Shown: piece after piece, positions 27,608-35,214 of the stretch
Position numbering within the stretch: the stretch's first letter is position 1
How the letters are laid out: each line of letters opens with the position of its first letter
From: Collinsella sp.
GTDB lineage: Bacteria > Actinomycetota > Coriobacteriia > Coriobacteriales > Coriobacteriaceae
Reading direction: 5' to 3'
Length of the DNA: 64,000 nucleotides
Assembly: GCA_019419665.1 (NCBI GenBank)
Contig: DXZM01000049.1
Span: 5,352 to 69,351 of the forward strand
Notes under the pieces: generated by a model
The model's database searches: none
Told to the model about the DNA's origin: nothing
The model's input: only the letters and a program-made list of their open reading frames with translations
Program-made: the position numbers and the translations under genes

Positions 27608-28660
27608 ATGACTGTCGAGAAGAAGGATATCGATTGGGGTAGCCTCGGCTTTGGCTACATGAAGACCGATTACAGCTACGAGGCCCATTGGAAGGACGGC
27701 GAGTGGGACGAGGGTGGCCTGACCACCGATCACACCCTGCATGTCTCCGAGTGCGGCGGCATCTTCCATTACTGCCAGGAGGTCTTTGAGGGCCTGAAGG
27801 CCTACACCGCCGAGGACGGCAGCATCGTCTGCTTCCGTCCCGACATGAACGCCGAGCGCATGTATAACTCTGCCCAGCGCCTCGAGATGCCCCCGTTCCC
27901 CAAGGACAAGTTCGTTGAGGCCGTCAAGCAGGTCGTTTCTGCCAACGCCGCCTGGGTTCCGCCCTTCGGTTCCGGCGCGACCCTGTACGTGCGTCCGTTT
28001 ATGATCGGCTCCGGTGACGTGATCGGCGTGGCTCCCGCTCCTGAGTACACGTTCCGCATTCTCGTGACCCCGGTCGGTCCGTACTTTAAGGGTGGTCTCA
28101 AGCCCGTTAAGCTGCGCGTTTCCGAGTATGACCGCGCCGCACCGCACGGCACCGGCAATATCAAGGCCGGCCTGAACTACGCCATGTCCCTCAAGCCCAC
28201 GATGGAGGCCCATCGCGAGGGCTATGCCGAGAACCTGTATCTCGACTCCGAGTCCCGCACCTATGTCGAGGAGACCGGTGGCGCCAACGTCCTGTTCGTG
28301 AAGCAGGACGGCACCCTCGTCGTTCCGCAGTCGCACACCGACTCCATCCTGCCCTCTATCACCCGTCGCTCGCTTGTTCAGGTTGCTCAGGACCTGGGCA
28401 TGACCGTTGACCAGCGTCCCGTCGAGTGGGCCGAGGTCAAGGCCGGCGCCTTTGTGGAGTGCGGCCTGTGCGGCACCGCTGCCGTCATCTCCCCGGTTGG
28501 CGAGATCGACAACAAGGTTTACGGCGCCGACGAGACCGTGACCTTCCCGGCTGGCTACACCGAGATCGGTCCTGTGATGAAGAAGCTCCGCGAGACCCTG
28601 ACTGGTATCCAGTCCGGTGCTGTCGAGGATAAGCACAACTGGGTTTACACCGTCGCGTAA
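27608..28660 (+). CDS. ilvE: Branched-chain-amino-acid aminotransferase (class IV, long form)
   Basis: MTVEKKDIDWGSLGFGYMKTDY..., EGLKAY, and GTGNIKAGLNYA (PLP Lys context). RBS TAAGGAG. Confidence 0.9.
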   Translation: MTVEKKDIDWGSLGFGYMKTDYSYEAHWKDGEWDEGGLTTDHTLHVSECGGIFHYCQEVFEGLKAYTAEDGSIVCFRPDMNAERMYNSAQRLEMPPFPKDKFVEAVKQVVSANAAWVPPFGSGATLYVRPFMIGSGDVIGVAPAPEYTFRILVTPVGPYFKGGLKPVKLRVSEYDRAAPHGTGNIKAGLNYAMSLKPTMEAHREGYAENLYLDSESRTYVEETGGANVLFVKQDGTLVVPQSHTDSILPSITRRSLVQVAQDLGMTVDQRPVEWAEVKAGAFVECGLCGTAAVISPVGEIDNKVYGADETVTFPAGYTEIGPVMKKLRETLTGIQSGAVEDKHNWVYTVA

Positions 28661-28683
28661 GCTGCCTTAGCTGTCCGGCCCGA

Positions 28684-28798
28684 GGGCGACCTTCCTTTCC
28701 GGCGCGTCCTCGGACATGAAAGAACCTCCGCTGCGCACTTCGTGCGGCGGGGGTTTTCGTCCTGCGGAGTGCGCCGGAAAGGAAGGTCGCCCTTTTTT
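28684..28798 (+). terminator. Nested hairpin with T6 tract downstream of ilvE
   Basis: The perfect 22-bp arms GGGCGACCTTCCTTTCCGGCGC / GCGCCGGAAAGGAAGGTCGCCC enclose 65 nt with their own hairpin (CGCAC-TTC-GTGCG). TTTTTT follows. Confidence 0.6.
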
Positions 28799-28824
28799 GC
28801 TTCGCGCCATGTGGGGGCGGTGGC

Positions 28825-29033
28825 GACGTGCATTTTTGCGAGTATTCTGCAATCGAAGGCCCCTGCATACCGACCTCGGGCAAAAAATCGGGATTTCTCG
28901 ATGTTTTCTACGGATGATGGGCGGGGTTATGGGCTGACAGTGTTTGATTTGCAGGGATATTCGCGGTCTTTGGCATTTATCGTGGCGCCCGAAGCTCTTG
29001 ATTATGTTGAATACTCCTAAAAATGCACGGCGC
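28825..29033 (+). mobile_element. TIR-flanked repeat (about 200 bp), copy A
   Basis: The ends GACGTGCA-N5-GCGAGTATTCTGCAA and TGAATACTC-N7-TGCACGGCGC match the ends of the element at 52553-52731 in inverted orientation. The interiors are divergent. Confidence 0.6.
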
Positions 29034-29050
29034 TTAGAGGGGGACCTTCG

Positions 29051-29098
29051 CGAAAAAGGAAACCGCCCCGTCGAAGTATGCATTCGACGGGGCGGTTT
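29051..29098 (-). terminator. lemA intrinsic terminator
   Basis: AAACCGCCCCGTCGAA / TTCGACGGGGCGGTTT stem, with a T-tract on the minus strand (complement of GAAAAAGG). Confidence 0.75.
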
Positions 29099-29134
29099 AT
29101 GCATTTGGCCGATTAAGGATGCGCTGCCAAACTA

Positions 29135-29686
29135 CTAGAACTTGACGGTCGGGGCCTGGCGGGCTGCTTCGGCGGCCTCGAAGCCCTGGCGCTCCTTAAA
29201 CTGGAAGATGCCGGCAAAGATGACAGCCGGGAACGTTTGAATGGCGTTGTTGTAGCTGAGCACGCAGTCGTTGTAGCTCTGGCGTGCATAGCTAATCTTG
29301 TTCTCGGTATCCTCGAGCGATGCCTGCAGCTGCGTAAAGTTGGTGTTTGCCTTAAGATCGGGATAGGCCTCGGCTACGGCGAAGAGCTGGCGCAGCGCAC
29401 CGGTCAGCACGTTGTCGGCTTCCATCTTGGCTTCGGGCGTGGTAGCCTTGACGGCGGTGTTACGCGCGCTGATCACGGCGGAGAGCGTTTCCTGCTCGTG
29501 CTTGGCGTAGCCCTTGACGGTCTCGACCAGGTTGGGGATCAGGTCGTTGCGGCGCTGCAACTGCGTATCGATGTTCTGCCAGGCGTTATCGATGCGGTTA
29601 CGCTTGGTGACCATGTTGTTGTAGATGCCGGCGATGGCGCAGGCAATCACAATGACAACAACGATGCCGATGATGACGGGAAGCAT
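29135..29686 (-). CDS. lemA: LemA-family protein
   Basis: N-terminal TM followed by YNNMVTKRNRIDNAWQNIDTQLQRRNDLIPNLVETVKGYAKHE, the canonical LemA signature. ATG at 29686 follows GGAGA. Confidence 0.9.
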   Translation of the reverse strand: MLPVIIGIVVVIVIACAIAGIYNNMVTKRNRIDNAWQNIDTQLQRRNDLIPNLVETVKGYAKHEQETLSAVISARNTAVKATTPEAKMEADNVLTGALRQLFAVAEAYPDLKANTNFTQLQASLEDTENKISYARQSYNDCVLSYNNAIQTFPAVIFAGIFQFKERQGFEAAEAARQAPTVKF

Positions 29687-29885
29687 GATGTCTCCGTTTC
29701 GAATGGCCGCGGCGGCATGCGCCAGCTGCCGTTGGTATAACGCTACTAGTATACCCGCAACGTTTTGCCGTGCCGAACTTTCCGGTAAGCGTTGTGTTTT
29801 CGTCGGGGTCGGCACCGGGGCAAAGCGCGCGAGGTACAGGTGTAAGATATGCGACAGATTGACGAGTGTTGTCTTTGCCCTGAGG

Positions 29886-30482
29886 ATGGCGATACCAGTG
29901 GACCTTCGCATCAAGAAAACCTACTGCGCCCTGTTCGATGCCTTTACCGAGCTTCTCGAGGAGCATCGTTTTGAGGACCTGACGGTTGCCATGCTGTGCG
30001 ACCGCGCCATGATTCGCCGCACGACGTTCTACAAGCACTTTCGCGACAAGAACGATTACTTTGCCTTTTATATCGATGAGCTCATGTCGGGCTTGCCGCA
30101 AAAACAGCCCGATGAGGCCGGCGCGGTATCTGCCGAGGACGTGCGCGCGCTTCGGCACGCGATTTTGGACGATGCCATGGATTTGATTCTGGCGCACGAG
30201 CGGCTCATGGATAACATTTTGGCAAGCAGCATGTCGGGCATGTTGACCAACGTTATTTGCGACCGCATTGCCCGCTCCATCCGCGAGCGTGTGATGAACG
30301 TGCTTGCCGAGGATGCCCTGGCCCCCGTGTCACTCGAGACGACGTCTGAGTTTGTCGCCGGCGGTATTATTCGACTTTTCACGATATGGTGGGAATCGGG
30401 CCACGATCTTGAGCGTCGACCTGAGATAGCCGACGTGGTCGATGCACTGTTTGAGCGGACCATGACACCGGTGCATCACTAG
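29886..30482 (+). CDS. TetR-family transcriptional regulator
   Basis: N-terminal HTH (FEDLTVAMLCDRAMIRRTTFYKHFRDKNDYF). About 198 aa. Confidence 0.8.
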   Translation: MAIPVDLRIKKTYCALFDAFTELLEEHRFEDLTVAMLCDRAMIRRTTFYKHFRDKNDYFAFYIDELMSGLPQKQPDEAGAVSAEDVRALRHAILDDAMDLILAHERLMDNILASSMSGMLTNVICDRIARSIRERVMNVLAEDALAPVSLETTSEFVAGGIIRLFTIWWESGHDLERRPEIADVVDALFERTMTPVHH

Positions 30483-30485
30483 GAG

Positions 30486-30575
30486 TGGCGGAGAGAGGGG
30501 GATTCGAACCCCCGGAACGCTCTCGCGCTCAACGGTTTTCAAGACCGCCGCATTCAACCGCTCTGCCATCTCTCC
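30486..30575 (-). tRNA. tRNA-Ser (anticodon UGA)
   Basis: The reverse complement folds as a cloverleaf: acceptor GGAGAGA, anticodon loop CU-UGA-AA, a long variable arm, T-arm CGGGGGTTCGAATCCCCC, and an encoded CCA. 90 nt. Confidence 0.95.
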
Positions 30576-30626
30576 GTGAGTCGTAATGATAGCATCGTTT
30601 TGAATTTGCAACAGGGAAGGCGAACG

Positions 30627-32408
30627 ATGACGATCACCGAAATCGACGAGAAGTTCATGCGCGAGGCGCTGGCGGTGGCGCGCGCCGCCGCGGCAGTGGG
30701 CGAAGTGCCCATTGGCGCTGTGGTGGTGCGCGACGGCGAGATCGTCGCGCGGGCGCACAATCGGCGCGAGCTCGACCAGGATCCTTCGGCTCATGCCGAG
30801 TTTGCGGCCGTGTGCGCCGCTGCCCAGGCGCTTGGCCGCTGGCGCCTTTCCGACTGTACGGTCTATGTGACGTTGGAACCCTGCTGCATGTGCGCGGGTC
30901 TTATGGTCAACGCGCGCGTGGGACGCTGCGTGTATGGCGCGAGTGATGCCAAGGCGGGCGCGTTGGGTTCGCTGTATGACCTGAATGCCGATTCGCGCCT
31001 GAATTATCGGTTTAACGTGACGGCTGGGGTCCTGGCGGATGAATGCCGCGAGCTGCTGAGTAGCTATTTTGGCGGTCTGCGCGGAGCGGGCGGCGCTGAT
31101 TGCGGTTGTGGGGCCGATCTTGAAGCACACGCCGCTCACGCCGCAGCGCTTGCAGGTGCCGGTGAGGATGCTGGCACGGCGGTTGACTTTGGTCCTGCGT
31201 GCCGCCGACCCCGCCGTGTGCTGTTGGCGATCGACTCCTTTAAGGGCAGCGTTTCGAGCGCGCCGGCGGAGGCGGCGGTTGCCGAGGGCATGCGCCGTGT
31301 GTGGCCCGATGCCGAGGTGCGCGCGTTGCCGCTGGCGGATGGCGGCGAGGGAACGCTCGACGCCATCGACGCGTGCGGCGGTGAGATTGTGACCTGCGAG
31401 GTGGCAGGTCCCTTGGGCGACCGCGTGTCTGCCCGGATGCTGGTGGACGACGAGCGCGACTCGGCTGTAATTGAGATGGCCGAGGCGGCGGGTATTGGGT
31501 ATTCACCCTGCACGGAATCGGCGGCGCTTGCGGCTTCGACCTATGGCGTGGGCGAGCTGATACTCCGTGCGGTTCGCGCCGGGGCAAAGACTATCTATAT
31601 TGGTCTGGGCGGCAGTGCCACCAACGACGGTGGCGCCGGCATGCTGCAGGCGCTGGGCGCGCGTGTGGTCGATGATCAGGGATGCGATGTCGCCCCCGGT
31701 CTTGCCGGCCTTAAGCAGGTGGCGAGCGTCGATTTGGCGCCAGCGCTGCAGGCTTTGGATGATGTTCGTATCGTTGTGCTTTCCGATGTCGAGAATCCGC
31801 TCGTGGGGCGTCGAGGCGCACTGGCGGTGTTTGGCGGGCAGAAGGGCCTGCCGGCGGATGATGTCGAGGTGCTGCGCAGATACGACGGCTGGATGGTCGG
31901 CTACGGTCGCCTGCTCGATGCGGCAATTTTCGAGGCGCGAGCCCAGGGATTGTTGCGCACACCCGAGAACGCACGGACATTTGGCTCGGTGCTTGGCGTG
32001 CCCGGCGCGGGCGCTGCCGGTGGCTTGGGCGCGGCGTTGCTGGCGCTCGGCGCGGAGCTACGCTCGGGTGTGGAGACGGTGCTCGATCTCGTGGGGTTTG
32101 ACGAGCGCGTGCGCGATGTCGACCTGGTCATTACAGGTGAGGGCAATATGGATGAGCAATCCGCCGCCGGTAAGGCGCCGGTGGGCGTGGCGCGCCGTGC
32201 CAAGCGGTGTGGCAAACCGGTGATCGCTGTCGTGGGCGGTCGCGCTGACAACCTGGATGCGGTGTGTGTGCAGGGCATCGACTTGGTGCTTCCGATCTGC
32301 CGCAAGCCCATGGACCTGGAACAGGCACTCGATCCGCAAGAAGCCACAACCAACCTCATCTGCGCCGGCGAAGCAGCCGCCCAATCCTACGACCTCGCCC
32401 GCCTCTAA
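30627..32408 (+). CDS. tadA: Fusion protein: tRNA-specific adenosine deaminase (TadA) + glycerate kinase (GlxK/GarK family)
   Basis: The N-terminal about 150 aa carry the CDA zinc motifs HAEF...PCCMCAG. After a Gly/Ala-rich linker, the C-terminal about 380 aa start VLLAIDSFKGSVSS...LADGGEGTLDAI (glycerate kinase). It is a single uninterrupted frame. Confidence 0.85.
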   Translation: MTITEIDEKFMREALAVARAAAAVGEVPIGAVVVRDGEIVARAHNRRELDQDPSAHAEFAAVCAAAQALGRWRLSDCTVYVTLEPCCMCAGLMVNARVGRCVYGASDAKAGALGSLYDLNADSRLNYRFNVTAGVLADECRELLSSYFGGLRGAGGADCGCGADLEAHAAHAAALAGAGEDAGTAVDFGPACRRPRRVLLAIDSFKGSVSSAPAEAAVAEGMRRVWPDAEVRALPLADGGEGTLDAIDACGGEIVTCEVAGPLGDRVSARMLVDDERDSAVIEMAEAAGIGYSPCTESAALAASTYGVGELILRAVRAGAKTIYIGLGGSATNDGGAGMLQALGARVVDDQGCDVAPGLAGLKQVASVDLAPALQALDDVRIVVLSDVENPLVGRRGALAVFGGQKGLPADDVEVLRRYDGWMVGYGRLLDAAIFEARAQGLLRTPENARTFGSVLGVPGAGAAGGLGAALLALGAELRSGVETVLDLVGFDERVRDVDLVITGEGNMDEQSAAGKAPVGVARRAKRCGKPVIAVVGGRADNLDAVCVQGIDLVLPICRKPMDLEQALDPQEATTNLICAGEAAAQSYDLARL

Positions 32409-32424
32409 AACCCAACTCCCTATA

Positions 32425-32489
32425 AGTTGCGGTGGAATAGTTCCTGTTTGGCGGCTCAGGCGGCAAAAACGGGAACTATTCCACCGCAA
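32425..32489. repeat. 65-bp palindromic mini-element bearing IS3-type terminal repeats
   Basis: GTTGCGGTGGAATAGTTCCTGTTT...AAACGGGAACTATTCCACCGCAAC. The outer 14 nt are identical to the IRR of the IS at 46620-47986. Confidence 0.75.
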
Positions 32490-32555
32490 CATCGAGAATG
32501 GCTATCCGAGGCTGGCCGCCTTGGGCCTTGGGTCGGACCGTCCGCCATGAAATGC

Positions 32556-32692
32556 GGCCATCTACTACGTTTAGCCGAGCACCCTCGACCATCCCGGATT
32601 TTGTGAAATTAAAACCGCAGGTAGAAAGCTTGCCGATTTTCGAAAAAGCCGGCTATGGTTGACCCCTGCGGCCTAAACGTAGTAGATAGGCC
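32556..32692 (+). mobile_element. MITE-like element, about 137 bp, copy 1
   Basis: About 19-bp terminal inverted repeats GGCCATCTACTACGTTTAG / CTAAACGTAGTAGATAGGCC. It is about 85% identical by eye to the inverted copy at 56132-56269. Confidence 0.75.
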
Positions 32693-32722
32693 CCTTTTGT
32701 GGCATGGCAGCAGACCAGTCTT

Positions 32723-32790
32723 TTTGGGACGGGGCTTATTTGACCACCTGTCGATCTGATTGCCCAAGTAGTCAAAAGCCCCGTCCCAAA
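32723..32790. repeat. Long hairpin (about 20-bp stem, 26-nt loop) upstream of ffs
   Basis: TTTGGGACGGGGCTTATTTGAC pairs with GTCAAAAGCCCCGTCCCAAA, with a 2-nt bulge. Confidence 0.75.
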
Positions 32791-32832
32791 TTAGCTACCT
32801 TGCCCCATCGGGCTGGAGCGGGTAAGATATAC

Positions 32833-32958
32833 CGAGCGCCTAGCGCGTTCGATGGGTTCGGATGACGACATGTTCCGAATCTGGTCAGGTCCGGAAGGAA
32901 GCAGCCATAAGGAGCCTCTGTCGGGCATCCGGATCCATCGAGTGCGCAGGCGCTTTTT
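32833..32958 (+). ncRNA. ffs: Signal recognition particle RNA (small bacterial 4.5S type)
   Basis: Exact conserved domain IV core GGUCAGGUCCGGAAGGAAGCAGCC at 32883-32906. The flanks pair (GCGCCUAGCGCGUUCGAUGGGUUCGGAUG with CAUCCGGAUCCAUCGAGUGCGCAGGCGC) and a U5 tract follows. The ends are approximate. Confidence 0.88.
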
Positions 32959-32966
32959 GGTGCCGC

Positions 32967-33071
32967 GGCTACCCGCGAGTGCCGGCAGGGCGCTTGGTGT
33001 CTCGCTGGTCCTCGGCTTTGCCTGCGGGATCGCTCGACTACCAAGCGCCCTGCCGGCACTCGCGGGTAGCC
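32967..33071. repeat. Perfect 32-bp inverted repeat with 41-nt spacer immediately 3' of ffs
   Basis: GGCTACCCGCGAGTGCCGGCAGGGCGCTTGGT (32967-32998) is the exact reverse complement of 33040-33071. Confidence 0.9.
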
Positions 33072-33360
33072 GACCAAAACCGCCTGAAGGGTCACATTTA
33101 TCTGATAATTGAATTCCTGACGTTATGCCGCTCGCTGGCGTTGCCAAAACATCGGCTGCTACATGGTCCAAGAGGCTCCTGCAAAGGCGCATTTATCTGA
33201 ATTTTATCTCGTGTGGAGTACCGGTCGTTGGCTGTGCCGAGGTACTGGTTCTTACCTGTCTAAGGATTCGAATCCCTGTTGAGTTGTTTACGCTTCTTTT
33301 GGGGTGGCGGTACTATCATGGTTCGAATTGAATGTGAATGATGATAGGGAGCGCCTATAC

Positions 33361-35214
33361 ATGATTGAGCTGCTCAGGCGTTTTGGTGGTAAGTTTCGCC
33401 GGTATATGGTGATTGGTCCTGCGTGCAAGTTGATTGAAGTAATCTTTGACCTGCTGACGCCGCTGGTGATTGCCCAGATGATCGATAAGGGCATTGGGGC
33501 GCACGACGTGAACGCCGTTATCCACTACGGTATGCTGCTTGCCGCCATGGCTGTGATCGGCATCTCGTTTACGCTCGTCTGCCAAAAGATGGCGGCGCTC
33601 ACCTCGCAGGGCATGGGCACCGACATTCGTGGCGCGCTCTACCAGCATATCAACAAGCTGAGCTATGCCGAACTCGACCGTTTTGGCACGCCGTCGCTCA
33701 TCACGCGTATCACCAACGACGTCAACCAGGTGCAGCTCGCTGTGGCGCTGGGCGTGCGCATGCTCATCCGCTGGCCCTTCCTAGCGGTGGGCTCCATGGT
33801 CGCGGCCCTTGCCATCGACCTTAAGCTCGGCATCATCTTTTTGATTTGCACGCCCGCCATCGGCCTGGTGTTTTGGTTTGTCATGGCGCGCTGCATTCCG
33901 TACTACAGGCAGCTGCAGGCAAAGCTCGACCGCATCGCGCTCATTTGCCGCGAGGGGCTTTCGGGCGCCCGCGTGGTTCGCGCCTTTGTGCGCGAGGGCC
34001 ACGAGCGTGAGCGTTTTGCCCAAGCCGCCGATGACCAGGCCAATACCGCCATCGCGGTGGGCAAGCTCTCGTCGGTTCTCAACCCCGTGACGTTTTTGGT
34101 GATGAACCTGGGTGTGTGCGCCATCCTGTGGGTGGGCGGCATTCAGGTCAACGTGGGCGAGCTCACGCAGGGCCAGGTCATGGCGTTTGTGAACTACATG
34201 ACGCAGACCCTGACCTCCATCGTGTACGTCGCCAACCTGGTCGTGGTCTTTACCAAGGCGAGCGCCAGTGCGTCACGTATCAACGAGGTGCTCAATTGCG
34301 TGCCGAGCATCACCGACGAGGGCAACCAGCCGGTCGCGCTGCCCAAGCCGGGCAATGTCGCTCCCGTTCCTGCGCTGGGCTTGAGCCATGCGAGCTTCTC
34401 CTTTGGCGCGGGCGCGGCAAATGCCGTCAACGATGTGACCCTGGAGCTCCCGCTGGGCAAGACGCTTGGCATTATCGGCGGTACGGGTAGCGGCAAGTCC
34501 ACGCTCGTCTCGCTTATCCCGCGCCTGTACGATGCGAGCACCGGCAGCGTGAGTGTGATGGGCGCCGACGTGCGCACCTGGCCGCTCGACCAGCTGCGCC
34601 GTGTGGTCGCGACCGTTCCACAGCGTGCGTCGCTGGTGAGCGGCACCATCCGCAGCAACCTGACCTGGCGCGACGAGGCTGCGACCGACGAGGATCTCTG
34701 GGCGGCGCTCGACATGGCGCAGGCGAGCGAGTTCGTGCGCAACAAGCCGCAGGGGCTCGATACCCCGGTCGAGGCGGGCGGTAAGAACTTTAGCGGTGGC
34801 CAACGCCAGCGCCTGACCATCGCGCGCGCCCTGGTGGGCTCGCCTCAGATATTGATCATGGACGATTCTGCCTCGGCGCTCGACTTTAAGACCGACGCGG
34901 CGCTTCGCCATGCCATCCGCGAGCGCAGTGTGCGCGGTGCCGCCGAGGGCGGGCTGCCGCTCACGACCGTCATCGTGAGCCAACGTGTCTCGACCGTTCG
35001 CGATGCCGACATGATCTGCGTACTCGACCACGGCTCGGTTGCGGGCCTGGGCGCGCACGATGAGCTCTACACGACCTGCCAGCTCTACCGCGAGATTTGC
35101 CAGTCGCAGCTTCGCCGCGAGGAGCTCGAGGGTCAGCAGGGGAGTACGGCGCCCGCGCCCGCCCCAGGCGCCCCGACCGTCCCCACATCCGTCTGCGCAA
35201 AGGAGGGCTGCTAA
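33361..35214 (+). CDS. ABC exporter, fused permease/ATPase (heterodimer subunit 1)
   Basis: MIELLRRFGGKFRRYM... TMD, then an NBD with GGTGSGKST, FSGGQRQR and ILIMDD. RBS AGGGAG. Confidence 0.9.
   Translation: MIELLRRFGGKFRRYMVIGPACKLIEVIFDLLTPLVIAQMIDKGIGAHDVNAVIHYGMLLAAMAVIGISFTLVCQKMAALTSQGMGTDIRGALYQHINKLSYAELDRFGTPSLITRITNDVNQVQLAVALGVRMLIRWPFLAVGSMVAALAIDLKLGIIFLICTPAIGLVFWFVMARCIPYYRQLQAKLDRIALICREGLSGARVVRAFVREGHERERFAQAADDQANTAIAVGKLSSVLNPVTFLVMNLGVCAILWVGGIQVNVGELTQGQVMAFVNYMTQTLTSIVYVANLVVVFTKASASASRINEVLNCVPSITDEGNQPVALPKPGNVAPVPALGLSHASFSFGAGAANAVNDVTLELPLGKTLGIIGGTGSGKSTLVSLIPRLYDASTGSVSVMGADVRTWPLDQLRRVVATVPQRASLVSGTIRSNLTWRDEAATDEDLWAALDMAQASEFVRNKPQGLDTPVEAGGKNFSGGQRQRLTIARALVGSPQILIMDDSASALDFKTDAALRHAIRERSVRGAAEGGLPLTTVIVSQRVSTVRDADMICVLDHGSVAGLGAHDELYTTCQLYREICQSQLRREELEGQQGSTAPAPAPGAPTVPTSVCAKEGC

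Noticed and set aside
33262-33277. tRNA-like T-arm (AAGGATTCGAATCCCT) suggesting a tRNA fragment or integration att site.
   Set aside because: The flanking bases do not form a 5-bp T-stem, acceptor stem or anticodon arm. The sequence does not match the 3' end of the neighbouring tRNA-Ser. No integrase is nearby.
30486-33360. Genomic island, prophage or defence locus integrated at tRNA-Ser.
   Set aside because: There is no integrase, no direct repeat of the tRNA 3' end, and no phage or defence genes. The neighbourhood (tRNA-Ser, tadA, ffs) is a conserved housekeeping arrangement that has accumulated small repeats.
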